64,000 nucleotides of DNA, taken from Gnetum montanum. Taxonomy: Eukaryota > Plantae > Gnetophyta. The stretch lies in NCBI GenBank assembly GCA_015680685.1, contig MNCI01003051.1, positions 381,984 to 445,983 on the forward strand, read 5' to 3'. Made by a program: the position numbers and the translations under genes. Of this stretch, positions 52,185 through 64,000 are shown piece by piece (within the stretch, counting starts at the first letter, position 1; each line of letters starts with the position of its first letter). The notes under the pieces were generated by a model that saw only the letters and a list, made by a program, of their open reading frames with translations, ran no database searches and had not been told where the DNA came from.

Positions 52185-54963
52185 CACAAAGTGATGAGCA
52201 GTCAATATTCCCAATACCCAACCATACAAAGCACAAGTGTTGCACTAATGATTCGGTTGAATTCCATGGACTTTAACTTCTAAATGCACAATAGGAAAAT
52301 GTAGTGACTTAAAGATGTGATTGGTATGTTCTTAGCTTCACTTGTGTAAGTGCAAGTGTATGGTTAAGTGTGAGCCAAGGCACATGATTTTTATTGATTT
52401 TATATTTTATTTTATTTAGTCTAAGCATGGGACAAAGAGAGAATTAATCAATGATTAGCTATGTAACTATCTAGTATCTTACTCCAACTATCCTAACAAC
52501 AGCATTCAAGCCAATTTTTTATTTGCATCCTGAACTTGCTTTAATACTATTGAGCTACCAAGTTCCTATTATTGGGTGCACAAAATAGCCACTACCAGGA
52601 TTACCAACTATTAAGCAATATGTTCAAAGTGGTCATACTTATGCATTTCTTATTAACCATATTAATTAATCAAGGAAATTAATGTAAAAATGCATAAGTA
52701 ATAAAGTGCACAAAAGGAAATATTAATCTATCCAAGTGTTATGAGGAATGCCAAAAATCTCATCTTTATTGCCAATCACATCAATGTGTTTAGCTACAAG
52801 ATGCTCGAATAAAGAACTACACAATCCTTAAGATACTACTGTGGGCACTTAGAAAATATTCTAACTCTGGGCTTAGAAAACTACAATATCTTTGCTATGA
52901 TATGGACTTAACATGCCATAAATGTGGTGGGTACATGCATTTATATGGGTTAAGATATACATTGCATTGACACATCTATGTCGACACATCTAACCATGCA
53001 TCAACCAAGATGCATTGATAGGGTTGAATCGATGGGGATGCATTGACACATGCCCATCAACATAGCCCATTGAATGATTTATCATATCCCCACAACTGAA
53101 TGAAAACTTGTCCTCAAGTGAACAAATGTAGGATTGAACTTCTTACAAAATTGGAAAGGCATGAAATCATATACTAATTGACTCTAATGACTAAATCTAA
53201 CTACTAGATTGTATGGAATTACAACAATTACAAAAACGGTTGTTCAAGATAACAAAATTGAACACCCTTATACAAATGGACAACTAGAATCCTTCCCAAA
53301 GTAGGATCTTACCATAATGCCCTTACATAACCACTTCTATAGATGTCCATGGGAGCCTTAGAAGTTAAATGTAGATCATACCTTTTCTCCAAACAACACA
53401 CAACTACCTTGGTTAGGATTTTGCACTCTACTGTACAAAACCATTAGGATGATAATTACATGTAGTAGTGAGGTGAATAATGGGATAAGAAGGGATTACA
53501 AAGATTGGGATGTAAGGTACCTAACCATGTCTGCAATAGGTTCTTATGTCAATTGTGATTGAAATGAATATCATATTTATTTGTCCAATTTTTAGACCAA
53601 GTACATACCATTAACAATGGCCTTGCATTGATGTGTTCCTTTTTGTTAACTATCAAGAGCTCATAACAACCATAGAGAATGAACATCACTCTAAAAAGAG
53701 AAGAAAAGAGAAGAAGGAAGGAAGGGCCTTAGTTAGAGGGGTGTCTTCGGGGATGGGTAACATGTCTTTTGAGTCCAATAACTAGTGTTTGTCTCCCATT
53801 ATTATGTTTGAGGGGTGTGCTTTGAATTCCCATTGTTCTTTCTCTTCTTTCCTCTCTCTTATTTTTTTTCTTTTCTTCTTTTTTTTTTGTGTTGTTTTTT
53901 TCATGGTAACCATACCATATGATGAGCAATAAGGCACCCTTACGCTCAACCATATGAATATGAGTGTGTATGTGTGATCCAGTTGAACTCCATGGACAAA
54001 CTAGTTGTGGCACCTAGACAATTATACATTTATCGCAATTTGCTATCTTCCCACTTGGACTAGTATTTGCTTTGTCACGTATGGTTTATTCCAAAGTAAA
54101 ATGTATGATGTGGTTTCTACTACTATGCCACTTCTAAGAACAATGAGAACTAACTTAACTAAGCTAATTAAGTAATAGAAAATAAGATCTAAGCTAACCT
54201 AAGTGTGATGAGCATCTGTCCCTAATCATCCATACGCATCTTGGACTTCATGTACTATTTCTCGGATTAACAAGCATACATCACCCAAAACACTACTTGA
54301 TACACTACCAGGTTATCATGTAGCTACACTTAAATGTTCATGATTAGGATGTATTCATTCCATATTAACAACAGGAATAGTAAATGATAATAAAAGAAAT
54401 ATTAACTAAGAAAGCAACAATAAGTGATAAATAATTAAAAAAAATTAAAAGCTAAGTGAATGCTATAATGATGGAATAATATCGATCTTTATTTCCGATC
54501 GTGTGCATGTCCAAGTACATCACACTTGAATAAAGATTCCATACAATTACAAGCATCACACTACAGGCATGCACTTGGGAAAAGAGCTGAAAACTAACTA
54601 AAAACTGACAAAAGACTCAAGAATCCTAATTCTAATCCTCTCTTCCCCATGTACCTAAGTGCTATATTTATAGGCTAATGTAGGAATTATGATATCATGT
54701 ATACGATATTGTATCTAAGCTGCAATATTGCATACTCGATATCATGTACCTGATATTGGGGCCTGGAAAACCACAATTCATCATACCTCTACAACTAAAA
54801 AAAACTTGTCCTCGAGTCAAACAAAATGAGGAATAAGTTCATTTGATTACACAGTGAATAGGTATGGGATTATTGAATGACTATGGATTATTTCATGCCA
54901 TAGTATGGGACTAGACAAAACAAAATCTAGATACCAACAAAAAATACAAAATTGTTTAGAACT

Positions 54964-57766
54964 CATGTGGTTCGTGGTGGTGGTGGCTCCTCCATGGGCT
55001 TCTTCCCTTTATCATATGCTCCAGGCTTCTGAAATGGATACTTTTGAAGGAGTGCTTGAAGTTTTTCTTCCTCTATTCGAGGAGCATGTGCCATCCATGT
55101 TGATGTTCCAATGTTTCATAGAGTCGACACCTCCCATGGACACGACAATTGTGGAAACATTTGATTAGCTTTGACATACCATGCTACAAACAACCATCAA
55201 TCCTCTTCATAGGCTCTTTCTTTATCTCTGAATTCCTGATAATCTATAAGCCATCAAGCCAACTCCATTGCTACATCCTTTTGGCCTTAGTAGCTAGCTT
55301 TTATGACCTCTAGTTTAGAGTTTGCTACCTTTACTCTTTACAATGTCTTCTTGTGTTCAACAAACTCTTTCTCATATTTGGCATAGGGGGTAGCTACCTG
55401 CTTCTCTAGCTCCATTCTTAGTTTCCCTACTATTAACATGGCCAAGTTGGCATACTACATATTTTCCAACTCCATGTATTCTATGAGATCCTAGATTTAT
55501 AGGTCCTAGCTTTTTAATTCTGCTTGGTGGACAAAGGCATAAGTGTCCAATGTGGCTCACCAGTCAGTGTGTTGAGCACTAAAAGAGTTAATATGATCCT
55601 TAGCCATATGAATCTCTTTTTTTATGATCTCCTTATACATCCCCATATAATCACAGAAATGTTTCTTCAATTTTTTATACCACTTAGTCTCATTTTGCCA
55701 CACGCTTATTTCAATGGTTATCTTTTGCCAGATGGCATGTACCTCCTCCATTGAGAGGATTTTTTTCTCTCTAACTAAGCAACTTATGTCTTGGTTGACT
55801 CTTATTAGTTGTTCTCACATTTTTTGGAAGCTTTCCTCAAGAATGTTCTTCTATTTTTTAACTATCGTCAACTGAAGATTTTCAGTAACAAGGAGTTTAT
55901 TCTCTTCTTGTAAGGCCTTGAGTGCTTTGGCATGTGCGTATATCTGAGCTTGTGCTTTTGAAGCATCCCAATCAACCTTCTCTTTTTCCATGGCCACCTT
56001 TTTATTCTCCACTAAAAATTTATTTAATTGCTCTATCTTAAATGATTCTAGCTAATCAGCTGCAATAAGTTGGGATGGATCCCATTGTTTAGCTTGTAGG
56101 GAAATGAAATTTTCTTGGAGTCTTCTCAACTCATCGTCTACATGTTTAACCCTAACCTCAGCCATGATCAACTTTCCCTTGGTGGAGATGAGGTCTGATT
56201 ATGCCACTATGACATCTTGGGGGATGTCAAATAAGGATGTCATTACTTGTCCTATTTGTAGCAAGTGATCCATAGCATCCTCATGTTCCGCAAGAGTCAT
56301 TGAGGTACCAACCAGAACTTGAGCATCATATGCTCCTATGAAATCTACCAATGGCATAACTGGGATGTTAAATAATTCTTTAATGTGTTCTGTGAGAGCC
56401 TCTACTACTCCAGCTGCATCCTAGTGTTGTATGACCACCACTGTGGCATCTTCACTAGTTTCTAATTGTACTTGGAATGATGCAGCATTTTCCAAGATTT
56501 GTTGTGACTAATGCAATTCCCTTCCTCCTGTTTGAATTGAGACCTTGCCCCTTCCAAGATCGATTGATATGGTGGGCTATACGGCATCATCAATCACCTT
56601 GAAGAGATTGGTCTCATCCCTACTTTCCCAACTAACCATCTCTGTAATGGTCTTGAGATGGCTCATCAATGGTCAGTAATCTTGTCATGAAGGTGGTGGT
56701 AGCTAGTACTGCTGGCTTATGGGCTACATGCTAGGCCCTACTTCTTATTTTTAGTTGAGCCTTGTGTCTAGAAGTTGGTTAGGCCCTACTATTTAAGGTG
56801 CAGTGGGCCCAATCATCTATTCTTATTTAGGCTCCAATGTCTCACCAACATCTTTTCTTGGTGCTGGTGGCTTTAGTAATTCGGTGTATGAAGCATTTTG
56901 AGCTTTTCTAAGGATGTCTTTAGTGTACCCTATAATTCCAACACACTGGCACAACCTCTTGATTAGATATGAAAAGGGGAGTGTGAACTTTCCTATCTTC
57001 CATTCTTCAAACCGCCTTAATATCTCTATTAAATACAAATGGGGCAAATTGGCATCAACCTTGCTCATCAAAATTGCACTTCCTCTAGTCACATAGGTAG
57101 AAATCTTATTTAACCCCTTCATGGAAAAAATGTGATAGGTGCCAATTTTAAAGTAAATTCTCTCTTCAAGAGTTAGTTCTCCATATGTCTTATCTTCTTT
57201 TTCGTACATCCTTTTTAGCCATACTATTCTTGCATTTGCATTAGAGTGGATAGACAGATGCTTAACTTTAGGCCCTATATTTGGAGGATTTAGAATTCTG
57301 CAAAGGCATTTATGGAGAAATCAACTAAAATTCCATCAAAATTGATGGTGGTTCCTTCTTCTTTATTATGCCAAAATTGATAGGTTCCACCCAAATGCCA
57401 TTCTCCAATTTCTAAGAGGATAGGCCATCATGGAGATCCCTTGAGTTGATCCTTGATTGGTTTAGGGGCAAATTCAGTAAAAGGCCCAAAATTAAGTTCC
57501 ATAATCACTGCAGCAGATGTGGACCTTTCCTGAATGGCTTGAATGCATTCCGAGGACAACATGAGATGTTGTCCTTGTTCAGGTGCCCTACCCTCTCCAC
57601 CTTCTACTAGACCAAATTATGCAATCATAGGGGTTTTCTAATGGATGCTAAATGATTGTGCCTTTTGTTCTACATGTTTCGCATGAGGTCCTTAGCCTCT
57701 ACCTCTTCTCAGGCATTTCATTACACCTTGAGAAGGTCCTTCCTATTTTCCTCATTTAGGAACCAT
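54964..57766 (-). pseudogene. ORF2 of E (Transposase_32/PMD-like plus coiled coil)
   Basis: ORF 56823-57209 carries LPFSYLIKRLCQCVGI. The downstream region is K/E-rich and heptad-like. Confidence 0.75.
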
Positions 57767-60099
57767 TTGTAAGTACACAAAGATCGATTATTAGTAAGGT
57801 TATTTAAAGAAGTTCAATTATCTCATACCTTACTCATTATCTTTACTAAATGTTGAATTCTTTACTTAGTGTGATTTTAGAGTTAGAAATTTTTCATGGA
57901 AGTTCCCCTAAAATTTTTAATGTCAGGCCTGATTTGCTTAGGTGACTCAAATAATAATTTAAATGGTTTGGGTGAAGGAAGAAAATTAGTTTGGCATGAG
58001 TTTTTAACATTTCCTAATAGTACTTACACCTATGATATTCTTTAGGTGATAGCAAATTTTGAAAAAAGTTATGCACAAATTCTACCATACCCCATGACAG
58101 TGTTAAACACTCCTGGTTTAATTAGGCTTTATTAGAAAAGAAATTAGAGTGTTAACAAGCAAAATATTGATGGTTGAATGTTAGACTTTCAAAGTGCTAA
58201 AAAATCATGGAAGAAAATTTGAACAACTCCCCCCACATAAACTATTGAAAATGACTTTTGTAGCATGCAGGGGCCCCATATATATAGTTTTTATAGACGT
58301 GATATCGCATAAACAGTAGCACGTACCCAATATCACATCGAACCTAATACTAGGTACCTGATATTGCATCCTATCCAAAATAGGGTAGTTAGTAAAATTG
58401 ATGGATTTTCAAGTTTTTCTGGCAAAAAATGAAGGATTTGAGGTATATTTGAAAGGTTTGGGGTAATGTCAAGTGGAAATTAAGGCACCAAAAGCATAAT
58501 GGAATGGAGTTATACAATGAAGTTCTTTTAAAAGGGTGAGGAAAAAGGACATGTAGTGGTTCTAAGGAAAATTTGGTTGAAATAATGACAAAGGAAAGAA
58601 TAGATTCAACAATGTAATACTTGGAGGGTATAGAATGATGTGGTGATGTTTAACAAATACAAATTACAAAATTCAGGCAAGTGGGTCCTCCCCAAAGTAG
58701 GTTCCAACCTATAATGCCCTTATGTAACCACATCTTAAATGTCTGTAGGCACTAGAAGAGTTAAATGCAACCTACACCTATGCAACAAAACACACACATG
58801 TTAAGTACCACTACTATGAGGTATAAATTCTATGCTACACAAGACACAAGTTAGAAGTACTTGGATTGTGAAATGAGATGAATTGTAGAAGGGATTGCAA
58901 AGATCGAGACATAAGGTAACTTACCCTAGGCATAATGAATCAAAAGTATTGTGCATGATTAAATTACCATTAGCCTTTCACTCTAAGATCAAAACCAAGC
59001 CCATACCTCTGATTAGTGACATCGCATTGTTTCATCCCAATGATAGACAACCATAAGAGCGTCATGATAGTAAGGCATATGATCACTTGCCATTTTGCCC
59101 AAGGGAGGAGTGAGTCAAATTTGTCTATGGCATGTTTTTCTTAAGCTTTTCTTTTCTTCTTCTCTTCTTTCTTTTCTTTTTGGCTTTCTTCTTCTTTTCT
59201 TTTTCTTCTTCTGGCTCCTTTTGCACTTTTTCTTTCCCAAAGGTGATCTGGAGAAGCCACCAACCTTCAGGCATGGGTGCATGTCTTTCCAATGGAACCC
59301 CCAGAACAGCATTAAGATCCTTTATTGAGTGCCTTTATTACAACTCTTACTCCCATTTTTCATTAGATATACAAGGATCTTAGTACAACTAAGCTGCATG
59401 ATAGCACATACAGATATCACCAAAGAGAATCCACAAGTCTCCTTGATGTCACATCCTTACCATGCCCTCTTAGTTCATCACTATTCATTTTGGGCATAAT
59501 GAGTACAGAGTTACTTTAAGTTTTAATGATAACAAGAATATCATCATACCCAGAGCAAGAACCTCTTATTAATAGAATGGGTGAATGGATGTTATGGGCT
59601 TATTATCCAAATAATTAGATACTTATGACTCAATAACATAGAATAATGCCTCAATTGATGAGTTACATGAGTATTTTATTCACATATGAGATTACCCACA
59701 AAAAGATAAAACAAAAAATTGGAAAATGAGAAATTAGAAAACAAAAAATTGTAAAACCAAAGAAAAGGAAAAACATTTACCAATTCTACTTATTAGAATG
59801 GGGGGTATCCCCCATGACTAAACTTTTAATCATGGCAAGAATTAATAAATGGGAAGTTAGGATCCATGCGTATTGGAAATATTGGGGTCCGATCATATCC
59901 CAACCATTGAGTGTCTTTAAATGTGGTGGTAGGAATGTACCCAAACTGCGGTTCACACACTTCATTAAAGTAGGTGTAGTGGGACAGATTATAAGATTTA
60001 GTCATGTGATAAGAAGCTAATCCCACTATGGCACCTGTGACCATAAGATGATATGCAAGGATTGATATGTCTCCTCATGTTGTTATATTCATTAGGTCA

Positions 60100-62150
60100 C
60101 ATGGTTGTTGGAGTGTTAATTGGTGGCCTAGAGAAGGTAACTAGAGGCATTGAGTTTGAAAAGGAAGGTGCATCGTAGTGTTAGGCTTATGCTGAGTTGG
60201 AGGATGCAGTGGTTTCAGAACCATGTTGTCTCTTTCTTCGACCATGCCTAAAGAAAGGACACTTCCAATGTTATGGAGGACTCCCACTGCTGTTGATAGT
60301 AGCAACATAAGTAATGTTCATTGGTTGATGTTGTGGTGCAAAACCTTTTAATACTACTAGTGGTGATGTAGAAGGAGGTGAAGGATGAGAATATTAAGAG
60401 TAAGGAGAAGTGTAAGGAACATGAGGTTGTGATCCAATAGGAGAGGACATGGGTTGATAATACTCAAGAGAATGATAATGATGAGGTGAAGCAAAGGATG
60501 TTGATCTAGTTGGAGAAACAGTGTGTTGAACATAATAAGCACTTGGTTTTGGGTGGCACGAAGGATGTGGCCAGTTTGAAGATGGCCACCCCCACAACTA
60601 GGGGTTTTTCCACTATGGTTGAACATGGTACTTTTAAATGAAATTTGAATGTAACATTCTTCCCTAATGCTCATGTAGATGTGAAAAGATTGGGCCTTTG
60701 GGGTGATCATACATGCAAAAATTGACACTTATGATTTATAGTTGATCCCCTATCCTTGTTTTCTTTAGCCCTTATTTTAAATTATCGAATGGTGTTCTAT
60801 CCTATTTCTAGGTTTGGTATCCTCTATTTGTTCTAGTTGTTAGAGTTATCTTGTGCGGTCCTTCCTCTAACAATGTTTGCATATTCTTCACATTTTTCAT
60901 GTACCCACTCCATCATCTTATTGATCTTTACCTCAATTTCATCTAGTGATTTTAGTATTGGAAAAGATGGGAATGATTCCACCTCCTCAAGATGAGTTGA
61001 TTTCTCCTCTTCATGATTATGGACCTTCATTACTTTAAGAGTTTGGTCTTGTTGAGATCTTTCAACATTCTCCCATTTGGCGATATCTCCTTCTTCTTTT
61101 GCTACTTGCTTAATAAGTTCTCAAAATTAGTGGGTTCGTAGTTCATATAGTTGACCTGGGGCATACATCCCTAGGGTCTCCCTTGTTTCATTAAGGAGCC
61201 CATCCATGATGTGACACATTAGCCTTTCCTCAAAGAACCCATGGCCTGGACATTTGTTTAACAATGAGTAATATTTTTCTAAGGCCACATCCAAGGGTTC
61301 ATGTTGCCCTTGTTTCCACTCTTGGATTTGTCTCCTCAAGGTTGACACTTTTGCATAGGTTTGATATCTTTCATTGAATATTTTCACCATTGTAGGCCAA
61401 TGGTGAATTGAATTTGATTTTAAGGACCTGTACCATACTTTTGCTTGGCCAACGAGTGTCATAGGAAAGAGCTTAAGTTTTTTCCATCCATTTTCAATGT
61501 TGTTCCATGCATAGGCATCATAGAAGGCTTGTAAATGATGTTGTAGATCTAAATCATAGCCTCCTGAGAACTTTGGAAAGTTGTTTAAATCAATCCTGGG
61601 TAGATGGCTTTCCTTGCGATACCTGCAGGATATCTAAACAACCTCTATTATATGCATTAGGCTCTTAGTGGCTAGCAAGGGTTCATCATCGCTAAATAGG
61701 TTGTAAGTCTGTGAGTTGGGATGATGTTGTCTTTGTTCATGTTGGCATTCCTAATTTTGTCTGTGGGTTCAATTTTTATTTCTACGCCAACCCCTTAAGG
61801 AATAGTCATCTGCATCACAACTTGACATTGAAAGAACAAAAAAATAAAGGGAACTAAAAGACTCATCATGACTTTTGTAAGTCTCCCAATCATCCCATGA
61901 TGTACTCTTGCTACCCATTGGGAAGGTCCTAGGCCTTATAGGCCCCCCCAGTTTAGGAGATGTCCCATCCTCACTAGAGTTGTCTGAGTTGGATGACAAA
62001 AGTCCCTGAATATCTTTGGGGTATCTATGAACATATGAAACTCCTGCATAATATTGAGTACTCCAAACTTCTTCTTCATCATAAATTTTGTTAGTTCTCC
62101 AATGAATTTCCTCATTAGATGTTACATTATCATTATCTTGTGAAAGAGAC
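60100..62150 (-). pseudogene. gag: gag of E
   Basis: ORF 61127-61462 TLVGQAKVWYRSLKSNSIHHWPTMVKIFNERY...CPGHGF (Retrotrans_gag). Confidence 0.9.
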
Positions 62151-63778
62151 ACTGTTGTGAATTATGTGTGACTTAGTTTAATTTCTTTATCTAAAAGATA
62201 TATCATTAATACCTTGTTACTACGATCTTGTATGATATAACTAATCTAGATAACTAGCACCATCCCTGGAAACAGTGCTAATGATGAGCGGTGAGGTACC
62301 CCTATGCTCAACCATACGAATATGAGTGTGTACATGCGATCTAATTGAACTCCATGGATGGACTAGTTGTGGCACCTAGATAGTTATANAAACTCCATGG
62401 ATGGACTAGTTGTGGCACCTAGATAGTTATACATTGATTGTAGTTCACAGTCTTCCCACCTAGACTAGTATTTGCTTTGTCACATACGATTTAGTCTAGA
62501 GTGAGATGTATGATGTGGTTTCTACCACTATGCTACTCCTAAGGACAATGAGAAATAACTTAACTAAGCTAATATGCAATAGGAAATAAGATCTAAGCTA
62601 GCCTAAGTGCAATGAGCATCCATCCCTAATCATCCATATGACTTCATGTACTATTTCTAGGATTACCAAGTGCACATCACTCGAAACACTACTTGATACA
62701 CTACTGGGTTACTACGTAGTTACACTTAAATGTTCATGATTAGGAAATACTCATTCCATGTTAACAATAGGAATAGTAAATGACAATAAAAGAAATATTA
62801 ACTAAGAAAGCAACAATAAGTGATAAATAATTAAAAAAATTAAAAACCTAAGTGAATGTTGCAATGATGGAATAATCTCAATCTTTATTTTTGATTGTGT
62901 GTGTGTCCAAGTATGTCACACTTGAACAAAGGTTCTGTACAATTACAAGCATCACACTATAGGCATGCACTTGGGAAAAGAGCTGAAAACTAACTAAAAA
63001 CTAACAAAAAAAAGACTCAAGGCTCCTAATTCTTCTAATCCTCTCTTCCCTGTGTGCCTGAGTGCTATATTTATAGGCTAACACAAGAATCATCATATCA
63101 TGTATATGATATTGTATCTAGGATATGATATCGCATACCCAATATTGAGGCCTGGAAAACATCGATTCATCATACCCCCACAACTAAATAAAAGCTCATC
63201 CTTGAGTTAAACAAAATGAGGAACAAGTTCATTTGATTACATAGTGGATAAGTATGGGATTATTAAATGACAATGGATTATTTCATGCCACAGTATGGGG
63301 CTAAACAAAACAAAATCTAGACACCAACACAACATAAAATTTTTTTTGGAACTCATGTGGTTCTTGGTGGTGGTGGCTCCTCCATGGGCTTCTTCCTTTT
63401 ATCATGTGCTCCATGAGCAGCAACATACCCCTATGCTCATCACCATGCAAAGGCATGCTTCCTATTTATTGGTTGATGATAGGAATGATGATATGTTCCA
63501 TGATAATTTATAAACCACAAGAAGAAAGTTAAGAAGAGAACCCAACAAATCCCCTTGAGGTCACACCCTTTTTAATTCCCACTTCACCTTTTTCCCTTTC
63601 TTCAAGGCACAATGATCATTAGTTAATTTTTAGTTTCATGTAAGAAGAACCATATTTTTTTTATGATAAAGACCTCTTATTTAGAAAAAAATGAAGGGAT
63701 GGATGATGTGGTCCCATTCCATTACACAATTATTTACCCACTAATCTTGATAACATAGGATAAAAACTAAACACATGG

Positions 63779-64000
63779 TGATGAGTCATGATCTATCAGG
63801 CCCAGTTATTGGAGCCCTGGTTTGATAGGCCTCGATATCAAGCTGTGTTAACTAGGCTATGTATACGGGGCCCCGTATACACGGCCCTGTCGATGCATCC
63901 ACCCATGCGTCGACACAGCCTTGTTTACACAAAGTCTATTTTTAGCCTATAAATAAGTGGCCCTCCATCACACCTAGGTATCTTAGGAATTAGTTGTAGC
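63779..64000 (+). repeat. Start (U3) of another Athila-type LTR (F), cut by the window edge
   Basis: TGATGAGTC start, GTCGA motifs, TATAAATA at ~63948. Confidence 0.7.

Larger units (their letters stand above)
53920..63442 (-). mobile_element. Athila-like non-autonomous complex E (LTRs 53920-54783 and 62282-63172, collapsed third LTR 63413-63442)
   Basis: LTR homology, PBS ~62262-62280, PPTs at 54784 and 63173, TSD CCATA/CCATG, gag and ORF2 but no pol. Confidence 0.85.
52192..63778 (-). mobile_element. Athila-like element D (3' LTR 52192-53084; internal 53085-53919 and 63443-63778; extends beyond the window)
   Basis: LTR homologous to the A LTRs, PPT at 53085, internal sequence homologous to the E spacer 58690-59610 on both sides of E. 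Confidence 0.8.

Noticed and set aside
59095-59383. Lys/Arg-rich and Phe-rich ORFs
   Set aside because: Translations of a polypyrimidine tract in the Athila spacer (also seen at 53840-53900).
62347-62431. ~40-bp direct repeat in the E LTR
   Set aside because: N-joined and absent from the partner LTR at 53990. Assembly artefact.

Overview
AT-rich, strongly CpG-depleted land-plant (probably vascular plant) repetitive DNA with no intact host gene. It is a stack of nested, decayed retroelements whose order can be read from target-site duplications (TSDs). A 5'-truncated RTE LINE (229-874 + 46874-47636, minus) was split by Athila-like LTR element A (875-46873, TSD CTATT). A was split by Tat-like element B (9374-45320, plus, TSD ATCAT). 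B's protease-RT spacer carries an endogenous caulimovirid MP-CP-AP segment (~15340-19420, minus) and a second Tat-like element C (19437-38117, minus, TSD CTAAA). C holds a decayed multi-exon antisense gene in its protease-RT spacer, itself split by a solo LTR (28712-30161). The right end has a tRNA-SINE, a truncated LTR flanked by ~280-bp direct repeats, and nested non-autonomous Athila elements (D, a three-LTR E complex, and the start of F). Most interesting: (1) the pararetroviral movement/capsid/protease module occupies the same slot and orientation in B as the spliced antisense accessory gene in C, downstream of a retained homologous antisense TATA and exon 1; (2) each retrotransposon family pairs a PMD/Transposase_32-like coiled-coil accessory gene with its own CpG-containing motif, clustered at both the LTR and the accessory-gene promoter. 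All calls come from manual reading and translation. No searches were run, and boundaries without TSD support are approximate.
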